From Ginglymostoma cirratum (Eukaryota): a stretch of DNA of 64,000 nucleotides. Below the pieces are notes generated by a model that saw only the letters and a list, made by a program, of their open reading frames with translations, had not been told where the DNA came from and did no database searches. The position numbers and the translations under genes were made by a program. Location of the stretch: the NCBI GenBank assembly GCA_024137785.1, contig JAHRHZ010000041.1, positions 22,895,518 to 22,959,517 on the forward strand, in the 5' to 3' direction. Every line of letters begins with the position of its first letter. Position 1 is the stretch's first letter. This document shows, piece after piece, positions 27,461 through 41,010 of the stretch.

Positions 27461-28879
27461 ATAACACTGGAGGAATACTACACTGATCACAGCTATCATA
27501 ATGTTTTTTACTATAGTGCACATCTGATGTTTGCATATCACTATTGTCAAAAGTAACTTGCTTTCCCGGTACAAGACTACTTGCCCTCCTGCAGCTCTGC
27601 TTGTAAATGTTCCCATATGGCATTACTTCAAAGATAAACAAAAAATATTTTTAATAAACCAAAAGAATTTGATGCAGCAGCAAGGGCAAGATGAAATTAT
27701 CCCATTTCCTGTCTAAAGCAACTATGGATGAACTTTCTTACCCTACCTTTTCAAGTTTGAATAATTTAGTACTTACGCAGGATTATAACATGATAAAGAG
27801 CAGAAGTTAATTGTCACACTGCCTGTCAACGTAACAGGACAGATTTCAGTGCTGATTCAATGGCAGCACAAAATTAAATCACAATGTCTCAGCTGCATTT
27901 CAGCCAGAAGCACTATTCCTGCATTGAGGTATTTAATTTATTAAATTGCAACATGAACAATTAACCAAAGTAAATGTAACTACATTGGAAACTTGAAACA
28001 AAATGCTGGAAATATGCAACTAACATCTCAAACAAGGATTAATGCTAGGTTAATATTTATAATGCTTCACCAGAACTGATAATGCAGCAACACCATGTCA
28101 TAGATATTAATGTATCAATGTATTCAATTTACTAAAGGACTAATTTGCAAAATATTGTCTTGAAGATATACCTTCATCTTTTTCCTTATTATTAAATATA
28201 GGGCAGAAGGTTATATCAAGCAAATTGCAAGCACATACCTGGTTTTAAACATTGGAAATAGGTCCAAAATAAAAGATAAAGGAGTTGACATTGGCACAAT
28301 GTGCGATATACAGCATTTAAGTAAATAATAAACATCTATAATTGCCTTCAGAAAGTACACCATTCAAACAGTTAATGTGCATGATTAGCTGTATTCTCAA
28401 TGTCTCCCTTTTCCAAGAATTAATTAGTACCACTGTTGTGTGTTCACATGACCACTTCTCACGCCAAACCGATCCAGCAGCTGTCAGCACTGCAACAACG
28501 TGATTATTGCTGATGTTTACAAGTTCACTGAGTTATCACAGTCATGTTGGAAATACTTCTTTCAAGGCACAATGATCACGTTTAACCTTAATCACAGCAA
28601 AATATATAGCAATTGCATTAACTGAATGTTTAATACCTTAAAAATATTCCAAAATATTGATTGCTTTATGGTGTGCCCTTATAGTTGTTCATTATGCTGT
28701 ACAAGGTAGCTGGACATTTGGTCAGTGAAGGTAGATTTGCCATGACCATTCACCTTTTCAATTAGAATGTTCAGGGCTCTCTCTGACTGTTGTGGCAAGG
28801 CAAAATAATTAGATTGTCTAATGCAAAGAGGCTCTTATCTTAAACAATATGTAGCATATTATAATGATATAAATCAGGC

Positions 28880-29760
28880 ATGAGGTACACATTGATATGA
28901 CAGACACTGTTCCGAAGGCTATGATGAGACCTCGACGGTAGGTCTATATCCCTCGAGATCCAGAACACTTTTCCAATCTAAATTTTACTATTTCATTATA
29001 TTAGGTAGAGTTTAATGCACTGCTCAGTCTTTCTGAACCAACCCATTTAAGAACAACTCCCTCATGCTTGTTTCTATTATTAGCATTTATACACTCATGT
29101 ACATAAATACAGTTACCACTACCCATTTACCTCCACGTCTCTGACTTTACAGATTCAGGTGGTCTGGAGGGTTTCACTATTCTGCCAGAATGCATATTTT
29201 TTGGACGTAGAAGATTGGTTGGTCAATGCTTGAGCACTGTTGAACTTGATCCTGTTCTTGAATGTGTAAGACTTGTAAATTCTTTAAACAGGAGGACCTT
29301 TTACCTTGCAAGTCCTTTGCAGAGGGTGTAGTTCTTCCCGAACCAAGCAATTTGTCCACATATCATCTAGAGGACCCTTAATTTTGTGAATACTCATGAT
29401 GGAAGACACCTACCCTTTCGGAATAAGTAGTTTCTTACTTGCAGTTTCTTGGATCTCTGCACCAGGTAATTTCTCCCTGATTGTATCCTGATTTGTGGAT
29501 ACTGGTCATCCTGTCACAGTTGTGTCTTCCATGGAGTTGTATTCTCCAACTTTAAGCTGTGTGAACAAATATTTATTCTCAATCTGCGGGCCAAACTGTG
29601 CTGAAGTATGGAGACTTGCACTGTGTTTGCTTTCCTGATAAACTCAATATGTTTCCTCAAGCACGCTACTTGAAGATCACTGCTTACTGACCAAGATCTC
29701 TGTCACTGGCACTGCTCATTATTCCTTGGCAAGAAGAGTTTTATGTCAATGAACAGCCTA
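28880..29760 (-). mobile_element. Degenerate Gypsy-like LTR retrotransposon 3' remnant
   Basis: Minus strand near 29190-29148 reads HSGRIVKP(fs)PDHLNL*, the typical TRSGRxVKPPxRLxL pol C-terminus, followed by a purine-rich tract and a probable LTR remnant. Similar to 62700-63400. Confidence 0.6.
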
Positions 29761-30954
29761 TTAATATTAAACTTCATATTGGGGCGAGTGTCACTATATT
29801 ATCAGATTTTGTAGCATCTGTGAGAAGACAGAAGTTGCAGCCTACAACAATGAAACGACATCGTCCATGAGTTATAGATCTCATTTTTAAAGGCGTACTG
29901 CAAACAAGACAAGGGAAGTGTAGAGAAGATATACAAACTTCACAGTCAAGTTAAGCACAACAAAACCACTGTCTCTCTAAATGTATTTCTTAGAATTACA
30001 TAATTTTATAGCACAGAAGGATGCCACTCAGTTCATGCTAATTATTTAGTACCATATCCTGATTCCTTGGTCCGTTATTATTATCTTTTCCCAGATACCA
30101 TTTGTAGCTTATTCTCAGAGCTCTCTGTTGTGCACAATCTTGAATAACAAAACTAATAACCCTTAAAACAATCCTAAAATAGTTTAACAATAAGAACATT
30201 TAAACATTGTGCGCACAATTAAGCACAAATCTATAATATATTATACACCCGTCTTAATGCACTTGCCAATGAATGTTACTGTGATTTTGCTCCTTCAGTT
30301 TCATTTTGTTACTATACATGGTCATTGGGTGAAATCGACAAGAGTGTGCTAAATTACACAGGCAAGTTAAGTGGCTGCAAGTTTAGACAAAGCATATACA
30401 GCACTGACACTTACAAAATCCCAGAGCTGCTATGACTCCAGAAATGACTTTTATTTCACTGGACTAATCATAATTTTGATAAATGATCAGGAAAACTATG
30501 CGAACATAATTTAGATAAGTGAAAACAAGTCTTTCTAGGTTCATTCCTAAGGTAGTCATGTACAGCCCTGTAAAGCAAACTGCTGCATTGAGTTCTGTTG
30601 AGTCTCTAGCACATTCTGTACTATTGCAAATATCTGAAAATGGCAGGAAGGGCAGTAGATCCATCAAGCCTGTCTCATAACAGTGCAACATTCAGCTCTA
30701 TCATTCGAGACAATATTTACGGTAAATGCTCCTCTGACCTTATGATGACTGCAAATAGCTTTCTGCTTTTGTGATGAAAAGCATCAAAGGTACAGAAAGC
30801 ACGTGGAGCTTTTTATGAAGAACAGAATTGCTGTCATCGGCAATAGATTTTAAGGGAGAAGGTACAGTGCAGTGCTGCAAACATGTCTGTTCAGTGAACT
30901 AAGACTGAGGGTTATAGTACATAAATTAATAATGGTTAGCAAAAATAGATAAGA

Positions 30955-31336
30955 CAACTAAAAGCAAAATACTGCAGATGCTGGAAATCTGGAAAAGAAA
31001 GAGCAGAAAATACTGGCAAAACACAACAGCTCTGGCAGCATCTATTGAGAGAAAAAAACAGTCAATGTTTCAAGTCCAATATGAAACCTATTTAGGACTG
31101 ACAGATGCTGGAAGATTTTTTTTTAATGTAATTAACAGAGGAGGAGGACAGACGAAGCCCTTTGTCTTTTGCCCTGGGCACCTTCACTATCTGTTCCAGT
31201 AGCTCTTCCTCCTGCCCCTCTGTCAACAACATATAAAACATTATTTTGCAGGCCCTTTCATTTCTGAAGAGCTATATCACAGTTAAAATGTTAAACCTGT
31301 CTGTCTTTGTCTCTCCACAAATGCTGCCAGACCTGC
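30955..31336. repeat. Penelope-derived repeat pair in inverted orientation
   Basis: aaaatactgcagatgctggaaatc...ctggcagcatct on the left and ctctccacaaatgctgccagacctgc on the right are reverse-complementary family ends. Confidence 0.55.
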
Positions 31337-31584
31337 ATGGATTAAGTGTAATTATGCATTGTTCACATCATCAAATATAAAACAAAAACAAAACTCTCCT
31401 TGTGAACAGCTTTCATTTACTCAATCTGGAGTCCTGGGATCCTCCTTTCAGCTTATATTGGACATAAAACAGGCATTGCAGTTTCCCTGCCCATTGCAAA
31501 AACCATACAGTTTTTATTTCTAGTTTGATCCCGTTATATAGTGGATGTTATTGAGGTCCTGGAAAAATTTCACTGTGTGAGTTC

Positions 31585-32255
31585 TGGCTAGGTTTGGTAG
31601 TACGCTTGTCTCTTGAGGCAGAAGGTTTCAGGTTAGTTCCATTCTCGACTTAACAGAAATGGTAAAGGCTGACACATCAGTATAGTACTGTGGGAGTGCT
31701 GGACTGCTGGAGGAACTGTTTTACAGAGGAGAGATTAAATCAAGATCCTATCTGCCCTCTCATTTGAATATTCCATGTCATGATTTTGAAGAACTGTGGA
31801 GTTATGCTTGATGTTCTGCCAAGCATTTATTCCTCAATAAACAGCACAAAAATAGATTACCTGGTCAATGCTAGGTTGTGGGAGTAATGTGCGAGAATTG
31901 ATCGCTGCATTTCACACAGCACAACTGTAGTGATTGTAACAAGGTCAGCCAAGTGGACCTCATAGAATACGAGTTCTCTGCTGGGGATGTTAATCTGGTC
32001 CAATCAGGGAGCCTTGGCTGAGAGATAAGAACAGGAGTGTCAGATATTCTGACACTCTGAAAGCTGGCTCTGAGGGAGATGGACCAGTGTCAAGGACTTT
32101 CCACGTGTTAATGAAGGGTGACTTGGTTACGGGATACTGGCCTCTTTGGAGTCATTTCAATAATTGTGACCATACTTTAGAAGTGCTCATGGGCTGCAAA
32201 GAACATTGGTACACACACTTGTCATGAAAGATGCTATATACATGCAATTCTCTAC
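31585..32255 (+). mobile_element. Deu-domain tRNA SINE (SacSINE1-like) interrupted by a solo LTR
   Basis: tRNA-like head, ggctgacac...cagtatagtactgtgggagtgctg, Deu-like core and L2-type tail gaaagatgctatatacatgcaa. Confidence 0.7.
31935..32159 (+). mobile_element. Short solo LTR (TG...CA) inserted in a Deu SINE
   Basis: tgtaac...atttca; homologous to 21575-21800; flanks gtgat/ataat may be a decayed 5-bp TSD. Confidence 0.7.
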
Positions 32256-33789
32256 TTTCTATTTCAATGGAGTACCAATAGAATTGATAGTTTAAAGACT
32301 TTTAGTTAACACAAATCTTCAAAAATGTGCTATTTTAAATGCAAATCAGATACTGTTCAAATTATCACAGGAAGTGCTGCAATGTCATATGATCTTGCTC
32401 ACTCTTGTACAATCTTATGGTGAGAAGTACTTCGCATAAGATGTGTCTCAACTGGTTAATATTTCCTTATCTCAGTGGTGTCCACAAGTATTCTGCATTA
32501 GCCTTCAAAGCATGTTATACTTTCTAGTTAAGAAAGTTCATGGTTTTGTAACATCAATGCTGTATTACTTAAATGCTACATAGTCACTATTTACAAACAT
32601 TTTCATGATGAAACCAGTACGTATTTGACGCGTTTAAAATACATGTACTTCCAAATTGTATGTGGTTCAATAAGCCTTCTATGAAATATAGTAAATTACC
32701 TTTGAGATGGTATATCTTAGTGAGTTACTAACTTGATATGTATGTTTAACAGATATTTCAAACTACAATCAATGCTTACAGCAGAGTAATAAGCGTGACA
32801 GCATAGGGTTGCCGACTGTAATCAAACATTTCTGGAGGTTTCATCGCATGACTTACTTCCTTGCTCCAGATGTTACTTGGCCAACACATCCTTCTTTGTG
32901 ACTCACTGCCTTCCCACACGAATTGGAAAGCAGAAAGACTCATTGTCGAATTAGTTGGTGCATTATTCTGAGTGAAACAACCTTTTTACGTCACATTTTC
33001 AATAATCTTATGTCTGGTAAAGAGAACAGATCAAAGAAAATGACAAAGAAACCACAATATTTTTAATAATATTTTCTTTTTCTCAGAATGACACACAGCA
33101 GTGGCCTAGAGATTAACCTTCAATTCCTTTAGACTCCAGGCCAATCGTCGATGGTAGAAAATCCTATTTCTAGTATTGGCTAGGTTAAATTAAGCTAGAG
33201 TTCAATGGTATGATTTGTATTGTGTTCCACGTCACGGTTTAGTTATTGTAATACTTTTCTATGACTGATATGTCTGATTTTGCTGAAGCTAGACAATGAT
33301 ATTTTTCCACAAAGAGATCAATAGTTAATTTGCACACTGCCTCTTTGATTTGGTGCTTTTAATTATTGACAGTGCAAACTCAGGGTCTGTCCTTGCAATG
33401 CATATTGATTGTACTGCTAGTGCTGTAATTCTCTGTGCTTCATTTCTGATGGGCATTGCTTATTTTGTTTGGGTTTTAAAATTTCTTTTGTTTTGGAAAC
33501 CAGTCGTGCTACATTCTACCAACAACATCTTCAATTAGGCGGCATGCACAAACACTTCCCTGTCCCCCTACCATAGCTCAGAATTACTGTAGCTGCCAAT
33601 CAGCACCACTGTAAAGTGTCAGTTAGCAAAATTAGATACCCTTAATGTTGCGTGCCACCAGTCTGAAAGTTACAGAAAAGCAATTTTACAGGGTCGCGTG
33701 GGTGGAAATTGAAAGGGGGTCATAAGCAGCAGCAGCCCACACTTTCCTTGTGGCGCTCACAGGATCACATCTGCTGCTCTTTGCTCCAT

Positions 33790-34290
33790 TGGGATATTTA
33801 TAACCTCTTGGTCTCCTTACTCAAGAAAAGATACAGTTGCTTTAGACGGAGTGCAACAAAGGTTTGCTAGACTGAATTAAAGGATCTGAGGATCATCTTA
33901 TGATATGAGATCGAGTAGACCAGACCTATCCATTCTTGATTTACAAAGAATGAGAGGTGATCTAATTGAAATGTCTAAAAATTCTTAAAGGTCTAGACTA
34001 GGATGATGATTTCCTGGCTAGGGATTTGAGAATCAAGCACACGATTTCAGAATAAGAGGTCTGCCACTTGGAAATGAGATGAGGAGAAATTTCTACATTG
34101 GAAGATTTGTTAATCTTTTGAATTCTCTACTCTGGAGGACTGTGGATGCTCAGTCATTGAAGACAGAGGTTGATCGTTATAAGGATATATTGGGAAAGTG
34201 GAGGTGATATGGAAGATCAACCATGACTTTACTGAATGTCAGGACAGGCTCCAAAGGTTGAAACCCTACTCCTGCTCCTATTTTGAATGT
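33790..34290 (+). mobile_element. Degenerate CR1 LINE 3' part
   Basis: ggtctccttactcaagaaaagat, aagaatgagaggtgatctaattgaa, tail cctactcctgctcctattt. Confidence 0.7.
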
Positions 34291-34473
34291 CATGTTCTCC
34301 ACGCCTTTACAAATGGGTTTTACTGAGTGCATACATTGATAACAGAATACCACCATTAAAATACCACTGGGCAGCTACAAGCATCATAGGATCCTGAGTA
34401 GCTCATATCAATGAGTCTTTGTTTCTGACAAAACCAGAGGGAAATGAGCAGCAAATAGCGTCAATCAATTCTT

Positions 34474-34891
34474 TGATCTCCCCTCCCCCAACCGCATCCC
34501 ATAACCAGCCCAGCTCATCTCCACCTCCCTAACCTGTTTTTCCTCTCACCTATCCCCTCCTCCCACCTCAAGCCCCACCCCCATCTCCTATCTACTAACG
34601 TCATCCCGCCCCCTTGACCTGTCCGTCCTCCCTGGACTGACCTATCTCCTCCCTACCCCCCCACCTACACTCACCTTTACTGGCTCCATCCCCGCCTCTT
34701 CAACTTGTCTGCCTCCTCTCCACCTATCCTCTCCCCTATCCATCCTCTATCCGCCTCCCCCTCTCTCCCTATTTATTTCAGAACCCTCTTCCCCTCCCCC
34801 ATTTCTGATGAAGGGTCTAGGCCCGAAACGTCAAGCTTTCCTGCTCCTACGATGCTGCTTGGCCTGCTGTGTTCATCCAGCCCCACGCCTT
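34474..34891 (+). mobile_element. Young Penelope 3' UTR/terminal-repeat insertion with 14-bp TSD
   Basis: TSD gtcaatcaattctt at 34460-34473 and 34892-34905; C-rich UTR closely similar to 56025-56420. Confidence 0.85.
34802..34835 (+). ncRNA. Minimal type I hammerhead ribozyme motif in a Penelope terminal repeat
   Basis: CTGATGA at 34805-34811, extra A, stem II GGGT-ctag-GCCC, GAAA at 34825-34828, palindromic ACGT and a GTC cleavage triplet ending at 34832. Stem I is only about 3 bp. Confidence 0.6.
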
Positions 34892-36719
34892 GTCAATCAA
34901 TTCTTGTTCTGCCATCTGATGGAAGTTATCATTCTCCTTATTATCTGTTTGGGGCTGGGTTATCATAGTTCTATTTGTCAGACTAAAGATGTAATTGAAG
35001 ACTTTCGTATTCTGTACAGTCCATACAGAATAGTGAATTATATAACTGAGTGATATCCAAATCTAACTTATTGAATTGATTCAAAAAAGAGAGTCTTCTT
35101 CAGCACCAAGTATCTAGGCCAAATGAGAAGGAGCTTTAGTCAGAATCTAGCTATATTTTAGCTAATTTGGGACTGCTTCATGTGCTCCAGGCCCCATCAC
35201 AGAACATCCTGCACTTAAAACATAAAATAAACATTTTAAAGCAGCATAAAATAAGCTTCTAACAGTTGAAATTAAATCCAGTATTTCAACCTAAATAAAT
35301 GTGAACAGTAAGTGGTTAATTTAAGGTGCTACAACAGCTGATTAATTTGCTTATGTGGAACTGAATGTTATTCGTTGTCATCTGAATTAATTCCCTGCAA
35401 TAAAACTGCTAACTCCAACCTCGCATGAACAAGCATGGAATACTGACTTGGCAGGTTTAGATAGCTCACATAGGGTTTTCTGGTTGGGTGGGCCAGGTGT
35501 CTTTCATTGTGAAATCTAATGACTGGAGTTCTTTGACTGTAAAGGTTTGTATGTCCAGCGGACTTGCTGATTGAAAGAACAAGTAACAACATGTGTGGAT
35601 GTTACGTGGGCCAAAAGCCTGAGTTAAACCGGCTCAGAATCACCCTGACTGCTACTTCTCCTTCACAGTGAGGCAAAAGACAAGGAGGAAACAAATGTAA
35701 AGTGCCACATAACTTGAACAAACTGTGCCAAAAGCAGTGATACTCTGATAGTAGCAATTCAGTCCCTCTGCTGCAAAATGTTTCAGCTGGGGCTTTTCAC
35801 ACAGATCATCAATCTAACCAACTAGTAGCAGTTTACACTTTTATTTTGCAGTGCACCCCATGAATCCATCTTCCTTCCAGTGAAATATGCAAGGAACAAA
35901 TCCTTGGAGAATACAGTGCATAAAGCATTTGTGTGAGAAAATAGTCATATTGGCTTAATAAAGCATTTTTAATCAGGATTTAATCTTTCGATGACTGCAG
36001 CTATATCATACCTATTCTGGACTGAAATTCTACATCATCTATGACAATTATGAGCACATTTAATTATCTTTAATTACATGCTTCATGAATTTTACATTCA
36101 AAGTTAGCAGGGGAGTATGACTTCATGCCAAACTCACACATGTTAAGTACAAGCCCTGGAGACTTCTGCAGTTATAAAAAAAGTATGCAAGATACTTATT
36201 ACAAGATTTCCTTACTGCTACAGTGGCTCTATTTCAAAAGTACTTAATTGGCTGTAAAATACCTTGGAATGTCACGAGTTTGTGAAGCACACTTGTGCAA
36301 TGTATGTGGCTTTCTTTAAACTTTTTCTTCAGTATGTTCATTTGTTTTTCAGTCCACTGGAACACTTAATACTGTTGGTCAATCTTCTGCTTATTTTCCA
36401 CCTTTTAAACATTCTTTTCGACCTTTAGAGCTCTCAAATCACTACTTAGAATAAAATGTGTGGATGGTTACCTACTTTAACAATCATGTTTTATGCCCAT
36501 TAGTTGAGAAGCAAGAAAACAATGGGGAGTGGGTGGATTCACATGTCAATGATCCTTTTTTATGTGGGAGAAATAGTTTGGAGTGGAATCTTCACAGCCC
36601 CTCAATGACATGGACCATGATGAGGAAGTTGGGAAAATAGTTGGGTGTCGAGATGAGATCCTGGTTAGTGAGTGGCAAGAGGTCTATTTGCATGGATTAT
36701 CGCACCAGCAGGACCAGTT

Positions 36720-37335
36720 GATAAAACAGTTAAGAAAGCATTTGTGATGATTTCCTTTGTTAGTTGAGGCACTGAATACAACAGCAAAACCAGGATAAAT
36801 GTTAGTTAGACTACAACCGATGTACTGTGTGCTGTTCTAGTCACAATATAATGGGAAGGATGTGATTACACTAGGGAGGATGGACAGGAGATTGACCAGT
36901 ATGTTGACTGCGCTGGAATGTACCAGTTATGAAGAGAGACGAGATAGGCTGAGGTTCTTTTCCTTCAAACAGAGAGATCTAAGGGGGCACCTGAATGAGC
37001 TGTACAAAATTATGAGTGGCACAGATACAGTAGATGGAAAGAGACCTTTCCCCTGAACAGAGAGGTCAACAACCAGTAGGACACAGATTTAAGGCAAAGG
37101 GTTCAGAAAAGATTTAAAGAAAAAAGATTTCCACCCAAAGGGCAGGGTGTATCTGGAATCTGCTGCCTGAAAATTTGGTAGAGGTGAGGGCCCCCATTTA
37201 AAAGTGTTTAAATGAACATTTGAAATACCATACTGTACAAGGCTACAGACAAAGTGCAGTAAAATGGGATTAGATTAGACAAGTGTAGATTTCTGGTGTA
37301 GATATGATACGCTCAAGGCTCTCTTTCCAAACTGT
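36720..37335 (+). mobile_element. Degenerate CR1 LINE 3' part
   Basis: SYEERRDRLRFFSFKQRDLRGHLNELYKIMSG (ORF 36862). Confidence 0.75.
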
Positions 37336-37629
37336 AAAATCTCTATATCACATATGACAGTGAGAGCTGCAGCATCTAAACTTTGGTGGGAGGTGGGTGC
37401 ATGAGCAGAGATAGAGTGAGCGTGAGTTGGCAGAGAGAAGGTGGTGGTAACATACCTTGTTGAGGGGGAAAAGGTCAGTGACTTTCTTCCTACATTGCTG
37501 AGCATTCCTACAGACATTTGAGACCACACTGATCTAGATGCCAAGCTCTGATCAGGTTGGCAGGGTCTGGTGCCATGACCTCCTCCAGCAGGTCTGGACC
37601 TCATGTGCGCAACACTGCCAGGACCATCA

Positions 37630-38790
37630 GATGCCAGCATTTGGCCCATATCCCTCTAAACCCTTCCTATTCATGTACTCAACCAGATGCCTTTTAAATG
37701 TTGTGATTGTACCAGCCTCCATTATTTCCCCTAGGTAACTCATTCCATTCACACATCATCCTCTGCATGAAAAAGTTGCCTCTAAGGTCACTTTTAAATA
37801 TTTCCCCTGTCACCTTAAACCAATGCCCTCTAGTTTTGGACTCCATTAGCGTGGGGAAAAGGCCTTGGTTATCCACCTTATCTATGCCCCTCACAGAATC
37901 ATGGAATCCCTACCATTTGGAAGCAGCCCATTTGGCCCATCGAGTACACACCAACTCTCCAAAGAGTATTCCCCCCCGGACCCACCCCCTACCCTACCCC
38001 TGCACTTCCTGCCCTGGACAATTTGGGCAATTTAGCATAGCCAATCCACCTAATCTGCACATCTTTGGACTGTGGGAGGACACTGGGGCTCCCAAAGGAA
38101 GCCCATGCAGACATGGGGAAAATATACAAACTCCACACACAGAAATTTCTGTAAGATCACCCCTCAGCCTCTGATGCTCCAGGGCAAATAGCCCCAGGCT
38201 ATTCACCTTCTCCCTATAGCTCAATCACTCCAACCCTGGCAACATCCTTGTAAATCTTTTCTGAACCTTTTCAAGTTTAACAACATCTATCCTATAGCCC
38301 AGAGACCAGAACTGAATGCAGTATTCCAAAAGTGGCCTCACCAATGTCCAGTACAGCTGCAATATGACCTCCTAACTCCTACACTCAATGCACTGACCAA
38401 TAAAGGCTAGTGTACCAAGTGCTTTCTTCACTTTCCTGTCTACCTACCACTCCACTTTCAAGGAACCATGAACCTGCACTCCAAGGTCTCTTTGTTCAGC
38501 AACATTCCCTAGGAACTTACCATTGAGTGTACACGTCTTGCTCTGATATGCCCTACCAAAATGCACCACCTCGCATTTATCTAAATTAAACTCCATCTGC
38601 CTCTCCTTGGCCCATCGGCCCATCTGATCAAGGTCCCATTTTACTCTGAGATCGCCTTCTTGGCTGTCCACTACACCACTGATTTTGGTGTCATCTGCAA
38701 ACTTACTAATGTTACCTCCTATGTTCACATCCAAATCATTGATATAAATGGCAAAAAGCAGTGGACCCAGGACCAATCCTTGTGGCACAA
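37630..38790 (-). mobile_element. CR1 (HER1-like) LINE with RT remnant, interrupted by an HE1-like SINE
   Basis: VPQGLVLGPLLFAIYINDLD...SKFADDTKI...WAKERQMEFNLDKCEVVHFG (ORF 38444). Confidence 0.92.
37893..38142 (-). mobile_element. HE1-like V-SINE, 5'-truncated
   Basis: V-domain (tgtggagtttg...ccccatgtctgcatggg...tcccacagtccaaagatgtgcag) and tail homologous to 39735-40083. Confidence 0.85.
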
Positions 38791-39734
38791 TGTCTTGAAA
38801 AGTGCAGAGCAGCTCCAGATTGCCAACAGTTGACAAGGTGAATAATGTCTTTTTAAATGTAGACCCTGTGCCAGGAACCCTGGGATATTCCAGCAGTAGT
38901 AAATACCTCCCCCCATCGAAGGCAAATGGGAGAATCCAGACTAACATTGATATAGTTCATGAGATAGGTTTGGAATGATAGCAAAAGAAAACTTGTTAGG
39001 CCACACAGTGGGAATCCCTCCATGAAACTCAACAAAACTGATACTTAACTGATTTCTCATAAATTTCAGTCCTTAGTATGCAGCGATTCCTCCCCATTAT
39101 ATGGGCTGTGTTCAGAATCAGAAAACTATTTTTAATAAACTAGTGTAATCATAGACTGAGCCTGTGGTGTACTTATCAGTGCTATGACGGAATTCAAATT
39201 CAGCAGTTGGTTGTTTTTGGAAATGTTTAATTAACTGTTCAAGGTCAATGTGTACTAGGAATATTAACAGATTCTAACTTAGCTGGTCAAACAGAAACTA
39301 AGTGACATCACCTGTCTTTGCGTGGAGAGTTAATTGAAGAGACCAATCCCACTGTTCTCTCCCGACTGTCAGCTGCTCCTTCTTTATAAATAGTTATTTT
39401 TATTCAAACTATTCAGACACGTTATGACACACCCGAGTGACAGGTAAGACCTGAATGCAGACTCTTTAGGCTCAAATGTAGAGACAACAGCATTGTGCCA
39501 CAAGAAACCTGTTGTGGTCAGTGTTCCTATGTCCGGACATCACTTGTTTCCCTTCTAACCTTAGTCCCTTATCATGTTAACAAGGAAATCTTTCTGATGA
39601 AAAATTCAAAGTAGCAAAGATACCCAACTCTGTTCAAATAAATTGCATTACAGATCATCCCTAACTTTTGCATGAGTTCATTGCAGTCTAAAGACAGAGT
39701 AAAACTTTGATATCACTAATAACCTATACTTGGA

Positions 39735-40083
39735 CATAGAGATCATAGAATCTCTACAGTGTGGAAACAGGCTATTCGGCCCAACAAGTCCACACCGCCC
39801 CTCCGAAGAGCATCCACCCAGACCCACTCTCCCACCCCTGCATTTCCCTTGTCTAACCCATCCACCCTAAACATCCCTGGGCACAAAGGGCAATTTAACA
39901 TAGCCAATTCACCTGCCATGCACATCTTTGGACTGTGGGAGGAGACTGGAGCACTCAGAGGAAACCCATGCAGACATGGGGAGAGTGTGCAAACTCCAGA
40001 GACAGTCGCCCAAGGCTGGAATTAAACCCGGGTCCATGGCGCTGTAAGGCAGCAGTGCTAACCACTGAGCAACTGTGCTGCCC
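39735..40083 (-). mobile_element. HE1-like V-SINE, full length
   Basis: tRNA-derived head gggcagcacagttgctcagtggttagcactgctgcc...cccgggtttaattcc, V-domain, CR1-like tail (gattctatga). Confidence 0.9.
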
Positions 40084-40166
40084 TTAAAATGCCTCCACCA
40101 TTGTGATCTGGTGTGTTCTGAAAGAGTTTTAAACACAGCTGAAGTCAAGTCCAAGTGCCTATAGAA

Positions 40167-40238
40167 AGGGGGCACCCAGATTTGAACGGGAGACCTCTTG
40201 ATCTGCAGTCAAATACTCAACCACTGAGCAACACCCAA
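40167..40238 (-). tRNA. tRNA-Cys(GCA)-like gene, probably a pseudogene
   Basis: Minus strand TTGGGTG TT GCTC AGTGGTT GAGT A TTTGA CTGCAGA TCAAG AGGTC TCCCG TTCAAAT CTGGG TGCCCCC T. 72 nt; the anticodon arm matches vertebrate tRNA-Cys. Two acceptor-stem mismatches and one T-stem mismatch. Confidence 0.85.
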
Positions 40239-40289
40239 ATATGTGGCATAATTTCAAAGCTTGCAGATGCCAGAAGACTCAGAATGGAG

Positions 40290-41010
40290 TAAACAGTGAG
40301 GATTTCAGATCTGCATGAACAGTCTATAAATGTTCTGACCCATGACAGATGAAACTTAATGAACTGAATGGTGAAATTATTAAGTTGGGTAGCAACTGAG
40401 AAGAGACAATATAAACGAAATGATACAATTTGGAATGAGACATACAGAGACGGGGTGGGGGTTGATTTGTGTAGGTACAAAACTCTTTGAAGATGGTAGG
40501 ACAAGCTAAGAAAGCTGTAAGAAGACAAACAGGATCCTTCGCCTCATAAGTAGAGTGACAGAGCACAAGAGAAAGGTAAGTATGCAGGCCATTTATAAAG
40601 AAACATTATTAGATCCAGCTGGAGAAGTGTAGTCAGTTCTAGGCACCATACTAATAATAAGATGACAAGGTCTTACAAATGATGCAAAAGAGATTTATTA
40701 AGATTGTACCAAGAGTAAAATGCTTTGCTTACGTAGAGAAATGATAGGAAGAGAGAAAGTTGGGGAAAGATGAAGAATTCAAAATCATGAAAGGTTTTGA
40801 CAGAGTAAATGAGGAGAAAATGTTCCTACATACAGAATGGTGCATAACAGGATGTCTCAACTTTATAGTAATCGTCAAAAGAATCAGTTACGTTAGGATT
40901 TATTTTTAGCAGAGCCATCGGGATAGAGCATAGGAGTGGAGCCATTCAATGAGACAGCACAGACTTGATGGGCCAAATGTCTTCTCTCTCTGTGATGTAT
41001 TACTTGGTGA
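40290..41010 (+). mobile_element. Highly degenerate CR1 LINE fragment
   Basis: catgacagatgaaacttaat (WQMKFN), cagctggagaagtgtagtcagttctaggcacc, tail gacttgatgggccaaatg. Confidence 0.65.

Noticed and set aside
30743-30908. Possible C/D-box snoRNA (ATGATGA, GTGATGA, CTGA)
   Set aside because: No terminal stem and no recognisable rRNA/snRNA antisense element; spacing is atypical.
32804-33166. MITE with tagggttgcc terminal inverted repeat
   Set aside because: The right-hand TIR is too degenerate to confirm and no TSD was established.
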